Positions 11,852-26,100 of a stretch of 64,000 bases of DNA are shown here, in pieces (the first letter of the stretch is position 1; each line of letters begins with the position of its first letter). The notes beneath the pieces were generated by a model. That model did not search any database, was not told the DNA's origin, and was given only the letters and a program-made list of their open reading frames with translations. This DNA comes from Lingula anatina (Eukaryota > Animalia > Brachiopoda), in the NCBI GenBank assembly GCA_051362555.1, contig CM120641.1, positions 12,028,001 to 12,092,000 of the forward strand, read 5' to 3'. Position numbers and translations under genes: made by a program.

Positions 11852-14800
11852 ATGAAACTAGGAACAGAAACTTATAATTACTTTGATCGTATGATGGAAT
11901 TGTATATTGAGACGTTGACGGGGGCTGCCTTTGAGCTCCGAGTATCACCTTTCGAGACAATTATGTCCGTAAAGGCAAAGATACAGAGGCTAGAAGGTAG
12001 GTAACCGAAAAGGACAGCACATTTAAAAGTTTTATCAGTTTTCGTACATTCTAGTTCTACTTTAGCGACCGATTTGGCTGCCTTCATATAAAAACACTCA
12101 CTGGAACATTTCATCTCCATCTCCAAATACTGTGTTTTTATGTGAGGGTTCTGAAGGATGGTAAGATTCAGGCTTCAAATGTTATTTTTGCCTTTGAACT
12201 CATATACCCCCAAAGAAGATGACCATGCAATTTAAGCTAGCCTTCTCTGTGTAGTTGAAGGTCGAAAAACGCTTTTGTTCTTCCTGTCCAAAACTAAGCT
12301 CTTTTCTGTGGTCATTTTTCTGTTTTGCACATATATTGTGCTCGTTATCCTGACTTTCTGTAAGTTGAATTTCCCACAGAGTCAACCTGATTTGCCCCAT
12401 ACTGGGCCATACATTTTGCTCATTTATTCAATTTTGACAACAATGCCCATCTCTATACAAACCTCATCTGATTCTAGATGTTTCAGTAGGAGATGGCTGC
12501 AAAATGACATCAAATCTTTACATGTGCAGCATATGCCATAACTGCAAGTTCTATTGCAATCTTATGCCTCTTTTACACTGAGTGATACGCTCTACTTGAA
12601 CAGATCCTAACATGTACTAGTCATTATGCTACAGGGGGTATTACTCTTTTTCATTTCTTGCTGTTTTGTTAGTTATGGATTGGTTGTGGTGAACACAGTA
12701 ATGGTGACTTTCTTATGTTATAGACATTTTTTAAAGTTGTCCATCTCTCTCTTAAACTGGACAGGTCCAGTTATATGCCCTGCTGTGAAAAGACCCTTGG
12801 TCTCTGTAGTGGCATTTGGGATTTGTTTTGGTGGTGGAGGTTAAAACAGAGGTTTTTGCAGTCTGGATTATTTCATAACCTTACTTTCTTCAATGCAATA
12901 TCCTGTTTATTTGATTTCTGGAAAAAAATAATGCCATAATTGTCATTTTTCATGACTGATACATATTGATTATTGTTCATAGATAATCTTCTTCTTGGAA
13001 ACATCAATAAGTAACAAACTAAATTTATAATTACATAGTTTTTTATTTGACTTCTTCACAAAAACATTCAATAGGCGCTGACATATTCCTTTGCTTCTCA
13101 TATGACTCAATTTACAGAATTATCGTGTGGGTGATAATCTCATTTGATGTAGAATGGTCATGATGATGTTCATCCCAGAAAGTAATTTTCAAAATATGAT
13201 TTTAACAATAACTGATGCTTTCATGTCTTACCAGAAGTGCCAAAATAAAAGAAAATACTAATATGGAGATGAATTTAATGAAATTGAAACTTAAAGAATA
13301 AAAGGTTATGATATAAATCATAGTTTGCATATACATCATGGGGCAGGGAAGAAAGTCAAAAGCACTCTGCTTAAATTCTTTAAAAAATCTTTCTTTCTGA
13401 TAGGTATCAAGGATCATTGTCCATATATGCTAAGTATATATGTGCTAATGCAGAAATCAAAATATAAACAAAGTACAAAGCCTTTTATTCTGGATACGAC
13501 TTTCTCTTGTTGGAAGCTGAATCACAGTTTTTTGAAGTAAGATATTTGCACTCTTAGCAAATACAACAATCTTTGGTGGCAACTAGGTACTTCTAACCAC
13601 AGTTGTGAGAACCCCATGCTAAGGATAATGTTCTTGCTGGTGTCACATTTGTAACTTGAGCACTACCACTTAGGATTTAGACTTTTCATGGATGACAGAG
13701 CCAATTCAAATACAGTGGTCTACAGAAATTTTGGGACATGGTAAAATCTTCAGTGTACTGTTGCATTGAGTACATTGGCATAAGCACACAAGTGGATCAG
13801 AATAATTCATTGAGCTCTCAAATTAAATTTTTAAATTTACCATCTGAGCTTTATATATTTTGTTTTTCGGAAATTACATTCCAGTTTTAGATGAATGGAT
13901 AAAAAAGATTTTAAATCCCACTGTTTGATATGGCTGCACAACCAATAGACTTACTTTAAAGGTCAACAATTTGCCAACAACAAAGCATGAATGGATTGTT
14001 GATGAACCATAGTGCTGTATTGCGTATTATATGAACCACAAGAGGTCTTGTAAATCACCCGCGCGACCATGGTTTTGTTCCATTGTTTGCTAGGTTTGTG
14101 TTCACAGTTGCCACGCTCAAGTTGCATTAGAGACCCACAGTGCACATTGAGATGCATTTTTTTGTGTGCTGGAAAATCCTTTAGTTAAAAAATATACTAA
14201 TCTGAAGTAATTATATACTTAGATTTCAAAATGTGAATTGAGATTTCCGTGCTGCGATCAGCATTGGTTTGTGTACTATTCAGTAGGTTGACAATAGCAG
14301 CGATCAATATCTCCTGTTACTTGATGTGTCAGGTATGCTTAACCGTACTACCCCCTGCTTGGTGAAGTCACTTGTTAGTTAACACCTTGTGTAGCTTGAC
14401 TGCGCACAGGGATAGGAATCAATTTAACTATTGTTTTCATTCAGTTCTAAGGTGTTGCTTACTATTTGCTCAGATGAGTGCCTTAAAATGTTTTATTTCA
14501 TTTGTTTGAGTTTGTGTGTGGAATGTTTCTGGTGGCCCAAGTTCATTTTCATTAGATTAATTCCTTCATACACAATGGACCTGGCAACACAGGCTTTTAT
14601 GGCATTTTCATGCAGTATACAAACAAACAAACAAACATTCCAAACGCTATATCTGGCATGGGAATGGCATTATCTGATTACTAGTATTTTTTTAACTTAC
14701 ATCTTTACTGGGTATTAACCCCCCGCCCAATTTTTAAAGTTTTTTTTATCAAACTGTACAACCAAAATATGTAAGCATGATTTATTATTGATAAAAATTG

Positions 14801-17800
14801 ATAATTGATATAAGTGGATATCTATTTTATTAACTAATATTATTCACATTCCTGCTGGATAAAATGATCTGGTGAGAAAATAGGGTCTTGCACCTTTATT
14901 GTATAAGTTACATTTTAACGTGTAACTTTATCTAACACTCAACACAAAACATAAATGGAAAAATAATTGAATTTATCAGAATGATGAGAGTTGAATTACA
15001 ATTTGCAGGAAAAGATGATGAAGATAATGATTCATATGTAACGCATAATATGATTTGTATTGTATTACAGGCATCCCGATATCCCAGCAGCACTTGATTT
15101 GGCAATCTGTGGAGCTAGAGGATGATTACTGCCTTCATGACTACAGTATTCACGATGGTGCAACATTGAAACTGGTCCTAGCAATGAGAGGGGGGCCTAT
15201 CAATACTCGAAGGGGTAAGGAAGCACTAATAGTATCTGTACTTATGGAAAATTTATACTAATCATGATTATGGTGTGATTGGTTATATTAATTAATTAAT
15301 TACTGCATTTATGAGACTGTGTTACACAGAATTAAGTCATGTTAAATACTTTCTCTGTCTTATGAAACAGTAAACATGGGATTATCCGTTGCGATGGTTT
15401 GAACTTCACAAAAACCAGCACCAGTCTGTCCCAAAGCACTGACACATTTCAACACCATATTTTTTATATATATGTTATTGCATAGTCATTGAAGTTGTAT
15501 GCCATCACATAACATTGTGTCACTGACAGATGACATGCACTTAACTACATTTACATTGACACACTCTGGCATGCAAAATTGCAGAAATGATTTTTTTAGC
15601 AGTTTACTGTGTACTTCAGAGGAATACAATTTTTAGACTAAAATTAAGTCTAAAAAGATGCAAGTGTTAATAAAGGAAACACCTTGGCTGTACATGTGTA
15701 CCTTCTGGCTTTGGGCCTAGAAACTGTAGCTAGGGCTTTGTTACATTGAATGAAAGGGACATTATACCATATATCTTTATGTTCATAACATCAAACATTA
15801 CATTGTCCTGGTGTTGGCCCTTACAGAAAACTAACCCACTTTTATAGAAATTGTTACTGTGTTTAGTTGACCTCAGTATTATGGGTACTACAATAGTATA
15901 AAAACAGGCTTAGGTTTACATTGGGAGAATATTCTATGTCTTTCTGCATTGTTAACTAATGTCCTTTTAAAGTGACTTTCGCCTTATGTGAAACACACAA
16001 AAGGATATTGAGTGTGAGGGGGGAAAAGAAAATATGATTGTTTGCAACAATAACATAAAATGAAGCTTGGTGACATGGGAAAGTATGATATGATTGGTGT
16101 GCTGTATGTTTTTAATCGGTGCAACTCTTTAGCCATGAGACAACATGATATAAGATGGACTTTTGGTGGAAGAAATATACTTGGAAGAATCTTTCAATCA
16201 TTCTCTTACAATAAAAAAATGTTAGAAATAAAATGACCTTGACAAAATAACATCAGATTCTTTTCACTTAAAATAAAAATACAGCAATATATCATTCTTA
16301 GCATAATTGTCCATGTAAAACATATAAGATAGAACAAATGTTTCTTTAATCTTAAGAATGCTTATCTCTCTAACATGGTGCTGCCCTCTTTTGTTCAGTT
16401 CCAATGGAGGATCCTGCTCTCAGGGAAATGGCAGAATACATGGAGGCAAATCGTGAAGAGATCTGGGAGAAGCTCCCTGGCAACAAACAAGTGACCTTGC
16501 TAGTCTTCCGCGAAGGTGACCAACTCAATTTCTTCAGGGTGGTGGACAGAGGGGACGGGACCCTGACTCCTCTGTCAGAATCATTGAGGTGAGATTTAGT
16601 GGCCTCTATCACTGAGTCCTGGACTATATGAATAAAGAGTCTCTTGTAGGGTAATTACTTAAGACAACTATTTTATATGTTAGAGTTAAGGTGTAGCACT
16701 GGACTCAAAATAAGTTAAGTTTATGTAAATGCTTGTGAAATATGGATTTAAAATAAGCTAAGGTTATATTATCCCTGTGCACTGTTATAAGCAAAATTTG
16801 GGTTAAATGTTGTCCCAGTCACTGGAGTAGCTGTAGTGCGCATAACAGTCTTGTTTAGGAGGCGAAGAACAAAATGGCATCTCAAATTTCTCTTGAGAAG
16901 GTGTGATTTAAATTCATTATTGTATCAGCAAAAGTCTGAAATCATACTTTTCTTTAAAGATTTCCTCCCTACTGGGGGCATACCATTTATCAAAAGGTTT
17001 GATTGAAAATATTAGATAAGGTTATGTTCTTCATGCATTTCTAAGAAACCATGACAAGTTTGGTGACGTGAGGAGCTGAAAGTATCTTATGCCTAAAACT
17101 TGATGTGATTGCCTCCAAATGTAGACAGGATTTTTGAAGGATAAAAAATCTACAAATCTTTTGTAGATTTAGGTTTAATTATTTTATTAACCCCATATAA
17201 GGATTTTTGAAGGATAAAAGATCTACAAATCTTTTGTAGATTTAGGTTTAATTATTTTATTAACCCCATATAATGATTTTTCTTTGTCAATTTTTTCTGT
17301 TGTGAGTGTTGTATAATAATAACACTTTTAATGTGATTCCAGTGGTGGGTCTGTGTGTAATGTCTATGAGGAGGAGGAGGAGGTGGAAGAGGCGCCCTCA
17401 CAGGAGAAACTGGAGGAAAATGAAGCCACCAAGGAGAAGATGCAGGTGCTCAGATCTAAGATGGAGAACATGAGCCTTACAAAAAAGGTGCGTTAGTAGA
17501 GTTATTTTTTCTAAAAAAAGCATGAGAATGGCATTTTAAGTGGAATGGCATTTTTTAAAAGTTATTTACAGTAATGGCTCGGATCTTTTCAATGGGGGTA
17601 AAATGTGAATTTTAAAGAACCTGCATTTTTAAGCCATAAATGATTTCCTCAAAATAAAAAAATTCCTATTGAGTGGTAGCAACAAAATTGAAAAGCAGGC
17701 TATTCTATAGAACTTTCTACTCTAGCAGTAAAGGCATCACAAATGTTAAGTAGAAATATAATTTTAATGATTATATAATCATGTAGAATAGATGCAGGAA

Positions 17801-20800
17801 GAAATTTATCACTAACTTTGAAGATAATGTTCATAACATTTATTACAACAAACCTAATGATTAATGTAAATGCAATATTTTGTATTTGGAAATTGACATA
17901 ATAACGAAGTTGCTAAGTTACTGACTTAATCCGCTGCCTGGCAACCACGGATCAAGCTGGTAAATACAAGCAAATGTAGAAAGACTTTCATGATATATCA
18001 CTGTTACAAGTAATAGGATAATGGGGAAATAACTAACTCATGCTGTAACCAAGTGCCTGTTATTTCCCAGGCACTCAGATTACATTCAATGCTGGTAGTA
18101 ACAGACCTTTTGTCAACCTTGTGGTCTCATCTGTTGTAGACCATGGCACTGTGAGCGTGAGTGTGAACAGTTAACTACACCAGGATTGGAGTTCACAACC
18201 CTCTCTATTATTACATAATCCCCTTTATTTTGTTCGTAACCAAGGTGATGACAAGCTGACACCCCACTTACAGGCTGTTTATTTTCATAACCTTCTGCAA
18301 TGGGGGAAGCTAATCATGCATATAGAAATCTATTGTGTTGGCAGAAGGCTGCAGCATATTGGCCATTACGGGCTATTTTGACACTGAGAGAGACCCCCCT
18401 GATGCCAGCTGCTCCCTTGATATCATGTCCTTAGATTAATAGAGATAATTAATCCATTAATTGATCCCTAACCTGATTCTTGTTCCCAATGAGATTGACT
18501 TTCACCATGTGTTGAGGCGTGGGTGCTCCCAGCTGTTTATTGACTGTGGTCTGGAGGAACAAAGAAGTCTGGTTTATCCCTGTATTGATCTGTGCTATTG
18601 ATTAGGGCATGTGTGGTTGTGGAAACAGTAATGACAATGAGGAAAAATAATAATAAAGCAGGTTTTGTGTAGGATACGGTCAAAGAGTTACATGACTAGC
18701 AAAAATGGACATTGACTATTACATTCAAAAGCAAAATATGTTTTTCTACAAAACCTTAAATACAAATTAATACAAAAATGGCCAAGCCTGTTTTTATGTA
18801 GCAAGAACAATATTAAAGTGTTCTACAAAATACCATATGATGTATATTTTTGTGCATAATTCATCTGATAAATAAGTACATTTCGGTTCTTGTACCAAAG
18901 TTAAATAAAAATGTCTATTGAACCTTATAGTCTTGTTGAACGCATGATTTATAGAAAATAATTCCTATATATTTAGTCAGTTTATAGATAATGTTGTTTT
19001 TTCTTTCTGATAACAGCCTAAGAAAAAACTGGTTCCGAGGCCTCCTTCTTCTGGGCGCCCAGGAAGTCGCAGCAAGGTACGCCGCCTGACAAGTGCTGGG
19101 AGAAGCAGCAGCAAGGGACAGATCATCAACAACTCCTTCAACTTGAACTCTTCTCTTAATAAAAATATGTGCCTCCCTCCTGTTGGGTACTCTGTCCCAG
19201 GGGAAGACTTAGGTTTTTTACCTGCCACCCTGGGGCCGGAGTTAAGCATGACAATGAGAGAGGCAAGCACCTCCTCCTTGAGTGGTAGTGAACCTATGTC
19301 AGCCAACAGGCTCCATAGGTTAGACAGTGTAGAAAGTAGTGCCAAATTAAAGCGCTCCTTGTCCAGTGTAAAGGAGGACCTGAGCATATCGCGCCCAGGA
19401 TCTGGGAACGGGAGGCACCAGAAAGTGGTGCAACGGAAGCCACATTACGCCATAGACACTTTGGATAGTGAACAGGCAGGGAGCGCTGCTGCTGCTGGGT
19501 CAGCAGCTGTGTCCTCTGTGGCTTCAACATCAACGCATGTGCAGGATTACACCAGTTTTGATGCTGCTCTAAAGGATAGTGGTGCTGCCAGACCTATTAC
19601 TTCTTCCAGGAAGAAAGAAATCACGCTGGACAGCCTGAAGGAATCCTTACGAACTCCTGGTCCTGCCAAACACAGGGAGAGGACTTGGAGCAAAGACTTT
19701 TCAAGTCATGACCTTTTTGATAGCTTGGGACGACCTACCACATCTTCTCGCAGTAAGGAGAAATTTACTCTGGACAATTTTAAGGAAAGCTTAGGCCGCC
19801 CTACCACTACCTCCAGGCACCCTAGCCATGAGAGGAAAAAGGAGTTTACTTTAGAGAGCTTAAGCAGCTCTGAGGCAAGAGCAATGTCAGGGTTACTGCG
19901 CCAGGCTTCACTTGAAAGGCTGGGCTCCTCACGGATCAGTAACTTTGTCCACAGCCCCACCAAACCTCGCACATCAGCCTATGGCAAAGAGGGCAGAGTT
20001 CTCACTCCAGAAGGGGGAAGATTAGTGGTAAGGCAATGTACATATTTCCCCTTAACTGAACAAATCTGTAGTTTTTTTAATCCTTAAAAATACGCACTAA
20101 AATTGGCAGAGATAATTTCTATTACTGCAGAGGTCTTTGACTTCTTAACTCTCTGAGAAAATAAATACTGTCAGTGCAAGAGTACATATCACTTACTGAG
20201 GAATATTTCTAAACTCTTCTGACTTACCCAGATTTTAACAAAATGGCTTTATTTCAACAACAAATGTTATCATTCCAGTCTGCTCGCCTTCAGCAAAAGT
20301 ACTCCGCCAACGGAGAGCGTCTGTCCCCCACCACCAGGCTCCCTCCAGTGAAATCCAAGAAAAAAGTCAGCAAAAGATGCTTCATGTGTGCCAAGAAAAC
20401 TGGCCTAGCAACCAGCTATCCATGCAGGTAAGGTGTGACAGGTGGGCTTAAGCCTGCACCTGGCAAGTGAAAACAGAGGGAGAGTTTGGATAGCTTTAGA
20501 AAGTTGTAAAGTAATATTTGAAACAATAAAACTGCATCAGAGCAACTTTCTTCTAATGTCAGCATATTTCTAGTATGATGTGATACTTTAAAGAATTTTG
20601 ACTAGAGATATTTTCTTTGCTCCAAAGCAACAGTGCACAATTTTATGTAATATTGAAGGTGAAATGGACCATGTGTAGGTGTCTGGTTGTTCACCCTGAT
20701 GTGTTAATTTCTTAATTTTCGTATTCTTTGTGTAGAAACTAGTTTTGGTTCTGATGATGAGAAAGTAATATGCCTGTTATTTAATGACATTTGTTTCTCT

Positions 20801-20941
20801 TCCAGGTGTGGCAACAACTTTTGTTCTATTCATCGCTATGCGGAGGCCCATGACTGCACCTTTGACTACAAGACAGAGGGGCGAAAGTTGCTGGAGCAAA
20901 GCAACCCAGTTGTTAGTGCTCCAAAGTTACCCAAAATTTAA
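11852..20941 (+). CDS. ZFAND4: AN1-type zinc finger protein 4 (ubiquitin-like domain plus AN1 finger); exons 11852-11996, 15071-15214, 16399-16588, 17343-17487, 19017-20027, 20279-20427, 20806-20941
   Basis: MELYIETLTGAAFELRVSPFETIMSVKAKIQRLEGIPISQQHLIWQSVELEDDYCLHDYSIHDGATLKLVLAMRGGPINTRR matches the ZFAND4 UBL. The C-terminus [40 protein letters not shown]...APKLPKI* is an AN1 finger. All junctions are GT-AG and in frame. Confidence 0.95.
17128..17272. repeat. Intronic direct tandem duplication (about 73 bp x2)
   Basis: GGATTTTTGAAGGATAAAA.ATCTACAAATCTTTTGTAGATTTAGG...CCCCATATAA occurs twice in succession. Confidence 0.85.
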
Positions 20942-22999
20942 AGTCTACTCCATGCTAAGCTTCGTTGCTTTAGCCAGTAGATGTAGATACAGTTTTTAGC
21001 CAAACACTGCTTATTTATGCTAAATGAATGTCACAGAGATAACCAGAGTGCTTCTTTTTCTTTTTCTTCTAATATCAAGTTGAATGGTTGTGAATTGATA
21101 TAAATCGAGCTCTAATGCAGCTACTGCACTGTTGGGCACTGACAAAACCTCTTTCCCCATGATATAGCTGGTTCTATTACAAGGAAAGACCAGACAGCCA
21201 TTGCCTTCTTTACAGTTTAAAGTATGTGACACAACTTAGATTTACTGTAGCTGGTGCTAAATGACTATTAATGGGCCTGACAAAGCTAGATGCTTGGTTA
21301 ACAAATATGTAATATTTTAGCACGTGTGATAATTGCTTCAAGCTGAATAGACCCTTTAGTTGTGCAAAGCATAATAAAGGAGATATATTCTTTTCTTTTT
21401 GGGTAATTTATGAGAGTATTAAGAATTGGACTTTGATTCAGTAATGTTTGCTTCTCATGAGGGATGTCGTTTCACCTGAAGTGAGATGAATGAAGTGTGC
21501 AATATAATAAAGAGTATTGGACTGATGTTATTTTTTTTGCTGTCCAGAAAATGGGGCGGTGTTATCATTTCTAGCAGGAAACTTAAACCTACGTTTATAT
21601 CTGTAGTTGGGTTCCTAGTTGAGAAGAAGGCACGAAGCTTTCCTATAACCATGGTTATCATTTTGTTATAGTATATAGATATATTTTGTACATATTTCTG
21701 TTGATATCTTTTGGCTATAAATGTCACACACAAACATGTTGCAATTGTACAGCAGCACCCATGTAAGAATGTTTTACATTCAGACCGTACAACAATTTCA
21801 ATAAATCTCTCAACCTTGATGTAACTGACACTTTGAATTTTAAAATATCTGGAAGTTGGTTAAGCCACATTCAAACCATTTTTGTTATTTCCAATTCAGT
21901 TTCATGTTTTAGATCTGATTGTTTTGATAATTTGAACATGACAGGTGTTTATACAAATATTTGATAGAGGTTAGATAATTTAGGGAGTGCAAGTTGTTTT
22001 TGATAGCAGTAGATATCTTGTAGCTTCTGTGATTAGTGTGATGAGTTTTGATTTTTTGATTGGGTGCTTTTTGAGAGTGAAGGAAAATCCTTAAGTCACA
22101 TCTCCAGTTTGTTAAAAAAAGATTATTGTTAAAATTTAAGTAATTATTGATATATATTGGAGCAATGGTGGTGGTATAATACATCACAATTTGTTTTTTA
22201 TATCAATTGACGATTTGTATTTTACATGATCAGCATGGCATGTTTCACTGAAGGAATTAAATTCATGATTTTCCCCAAGACTTTTTACAAAGGTGGTAGG
22301 AATGATGATGATGGGAATGTTTTCAGTGTCTTGATGTTTTGCTCTCTTGCTGTTGTGTTGCCAGAGGCAGCAGGAGATGCTTTGTTGTGAGCAAAAGTGA
22401 TCAGGACATATCTGTAATAAATGATCTCACTAAAAAAGATGTTTATTCTTTTGATATTTTGCACCTGCATGTTTTTTACGGTGATAAAAGTGATGTCATA
22501 TGACGCCTAAAGTGACTGGTAACAAAACGAAGAAAAGGTAAAAAGGGACAGTACACGTAAGTTAAAAAGAAGTGTTTTAGAAGTTGTATTTTTTACGAAT
22601 GAAATTTTAATGCTTCGTCCACTACAAGATTAGCAAAGTCTATAGAATTTTGTTTCGCGTTTTATTTATTGATTTGCCCTACCATCGTCCAAAACTTGAT
22701 GAAAGACGCCACATTTAAATGAAAAGTACGGAAATAATGTAGTTTTCAAACAATTAAAGCAACCGTAGTAGTTTGTAACAGTAATTCGGTAATTCTAGCT
22801 TTAGTCTTTTTTCCTGCCAATAGATCGCAGCACTTCACGGCACGCAAAGTTACTCAGCAAGATGCATGTTGCCGCTTAAACGTTAAAGTTTTCAAACACT
22901 TGCATGCAGCAGAATATCTACATTAAAAAAATTAGTGTAAAAATACGTAGAATATCGCAGTATCAATGTCAGAGAAATGATATCTTATGCAATACTAGC

Positions 23000-23180
23000 T
23001 TGTCTTGGAGCCATCATAACCTATATATAGATTTGTCAATAACTTTGACGTCATTGTCCATCGCCATCTTTGTTTGCAAACAATTTTCGCAGTTTTGCTG
23101 ACTGTACATCTTGCTGCTTCGTAGTCATCGCATGCTATGTATGATGACATTCTGACGCAGTTCAAGTGATACTGAGTGAA
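23000..23180 (+). promoter_or_regulatory. Probable NBR1 promoter/5' UTR with full CRE (TGACGTCA)
   Basis: TGACGTCA at 23046-23053 in a CpG-rich region about 130 bp before the ATG. Confidence 0.4.
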
Positions 23181-23183
23181 AAC

Positions 23184-26100
23184 ATGGAAGAGTTTGGAGG
23201 TTTCGTAGTAAACGTTACAAGAGTAGGGCTTCCACCTGAGGCTCAATTTTGCGAATTTCCGAAGATATTTCCTCATCGATATAGTGTTAAATTGGACGAA
23301 ATTCGGGACGAGGTTTGCATATTTCACTCCGTTTTGTCTTAACTTGATCTGATGGCTTGCTGTTACAATCGTTAGATCTGCAATGTCGAAAAAAGGTCAT
23401 GTCATGATGGCGTCAACAATGTCTCGGTTAATTAAAGGGACCGATCGTTTCAGTTTTCTTTCAACGTAGTACGGTAGTTGTAAATTGGCCAGTATAGATT
23501 TTACTTTTGTCATGAAGTTTTGTGTCATAATAATATTAATTATTATTATTTAAAAGAACGTTGTAGAGTGAAGCTTAAGAGCAAGGCTGTAGAATCAAAC
23601 TTGGGCTCGGGCAATGATCTTGGAAAAGAGGACCTCGATAGCTTTCGAAAAAATAACACTCGCAGGTTTTCGTTCTTCATATATGTCACGATATTGGAAT
23701 ATTCTTAAAGTTTCAACATACAGTAAATAAGATTGAACAAGGGAACTATTTGATTGCAATTCCAAGCCTTATAAACGGATAATTTGTTTACTAAGACCGC
23801 ATTCTCAACGAATTGAGCCAGGCTTTACAAATCCTGAGAACTAAAAATGGCGGACGTACATGAAAGAAAAACCGCCTAATCTTTTAATAGTCTCTCCGCC
23901 TCTCACACGCCTCCCCACACGTCGTCCCTGCGGGGTACAGTAATTAAATCTCGGCTCTGAACATGAATATCTCCGTGAATATCTCTGGTGATATTATCTC
24001 CATAGATAGTCGATTCATTGCTGCTCTACGGGCCAATTCATTCCTTTTTCGTCTCTGTTTTGAAAGATAATAGAACAGAAGAGCTTTTTTCCTTTGATCG
24101 CCTTCAGCCGCCATGCTTTCTTCACCATGAGTTTAACTGATGAGCATGCGCACTTAATATTTCTCAGGTAGCTTCCGCATGGCGAACGGAGCCGAGATTT
24201 AATTACTGTACCCCGCAGGGACGACGTGTGGGGAGGCGTGTGAGAGGCAGAGAGACTATTAAAAGATTAGGTGGTTTTTCTTTCATGTACGTCCGCCATT
24301 TTTAGTTCTCAGGATTTGTAAAGCCTGGCTCAATTCGTTGAGAATGCGGCCTAACACTACATATCTTTAAGCACTAATGCCCATATTAACCACAAAATCC
24401 ACAAATTAACCAACACACCGTACAATTATTTAGCACCAACTAAGTGATACCTAGCACTAACATTCATCCACTCTGGTGGTGCTGGTTAATTTGTTAATTA
24501 TGTGTTTAATATGGGTATTAGTGCTAAAAAATCTGGGGGTAGTGTTTGTAAAAGCCTAATCTGTTTATATATTTTTTATAAGGGATGATTTCTTATAAGC
24601 CCAGCAACAGACATTGCTTTTATGTTCACATTCAGCTTCACTGAAATTAGTAGTATGCATACAGTTATTCAAGCTATGTGAATAGTTTATTTACCCAAAA
24701 AGTTGAAATAAGAATTAACATTTTACTGCTCTTTTTTATTTCATTTTAGCTGAGAAAGTATTATGATGTAGCAGGAGATGATGCCATTAAGTTAACCTAC
24801 TTGGATGAGGAGAAAGAAGAGGTGAAATATTCTAGTCACACATAAAAACAGTTTAAAAACTATAGTGCTTCTGTCATTGGATAACTGATAAAGTATGGTA
24901 TCAGAATAGTTTGTTATCTTTGAAAAATTGACATATTTTATTGATTGATATATTTTCAAGAGCTGTTGTCTCCCGTGTTATCACAAAGAAAATTATTATC
25001 ACTTGGAGAAATTTGATTATTTCAGGTACATATTGACAGTCAAGAGGAATTGCACGAAGCCTTGAAGGTATCCATCATTAGCAGATCTTTTGTAAACTAA
25101 AGTAACAACAATATGGTTAAGCGCTTGTAAAAAGTTGTAATATTTATGTTATGAATTCCTAGGATGAATTCTGCAGTGTTACCAAAGAAAATTTATTTGC
25201 TTAAAAATGAAAGATGAAGAAAATCAAGAGTTTTTGTCCAGTTCCTAAAAAGTGAAGCAATAACAGAGTTGGTGTTTGTTTTATCAAGGTGGCACAGAAA
25301 GAAGAGGACATCTTGCAGATGAAAATGGAAATTATTAAAGATGGAAAGAAAGCTTCTCAACAGACCATCCAGCCTGACCAAGAACCTTTAGAAGCTAGCA
25401 GGTAATTATAGTATTTAGGAACAACAAATCATGTAGGTGTGCATATTTTTAGTACCACCAGCGTATATGCTGGCGGTACTCATGGTTTTAGTCCTGACCC
25501 GTCTCGTACAGCTCCGCCGGCTCCTGCGGCTCCGCCGGCTCCTGCGGCTCCGCAGTCGGGCGCCGGAAACAAGTCACCATTACCGCTTCTCCTCCTAGAC
25601 CGCCAGGACCTGTGTCCCCATCTCTTGGATTTAGGTCACATATAATCTCAACTTGAACACCCTGGTTTTTTTGTCTCTGTCGGTGCATTGGCCTGGGCGT
25701 GACACTTGTTGAAACGCACCCTTGTCAAAATTTTTGAAAATTCAAGGCTAAATATCTCCCAAACCAAAGGAATGATGGGAAAAATTACTACAGAAGTCTG
25801 ACCCAAAGTCATATGTGGAGATTCCAAATATGCCCTTTGATTTGACTTTTGACCTTTTTTTCAAGGTCAAACAAGCCAAAATTTTCTAAAAATGGGAATT
25901 TTCTGCAAAAAAATATTTGTTTGTGCTATTTTTTGGAAACTACACAGATCTAAGCTCTCCTGTTACAGTGAGGGGTTACAATTGGGGACTCCTTTCATCT
26001 TTGGGAGTTTGGGGTCAATCGGTGCATTTTCACGGGAGAAGCAGCCATTAGATACCAAAACTAAAAACTTGCCTTTATTCTGGAATGGTAAATGCCAGAG

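Noticed and set aside
25068-25288. Possible U12-type intron (GTATCC donor)
   Set aside because: The donor is GTATCCAT rather than GTATCCTT and there is no convincing TCCTTAAC branch site near the acceptor.
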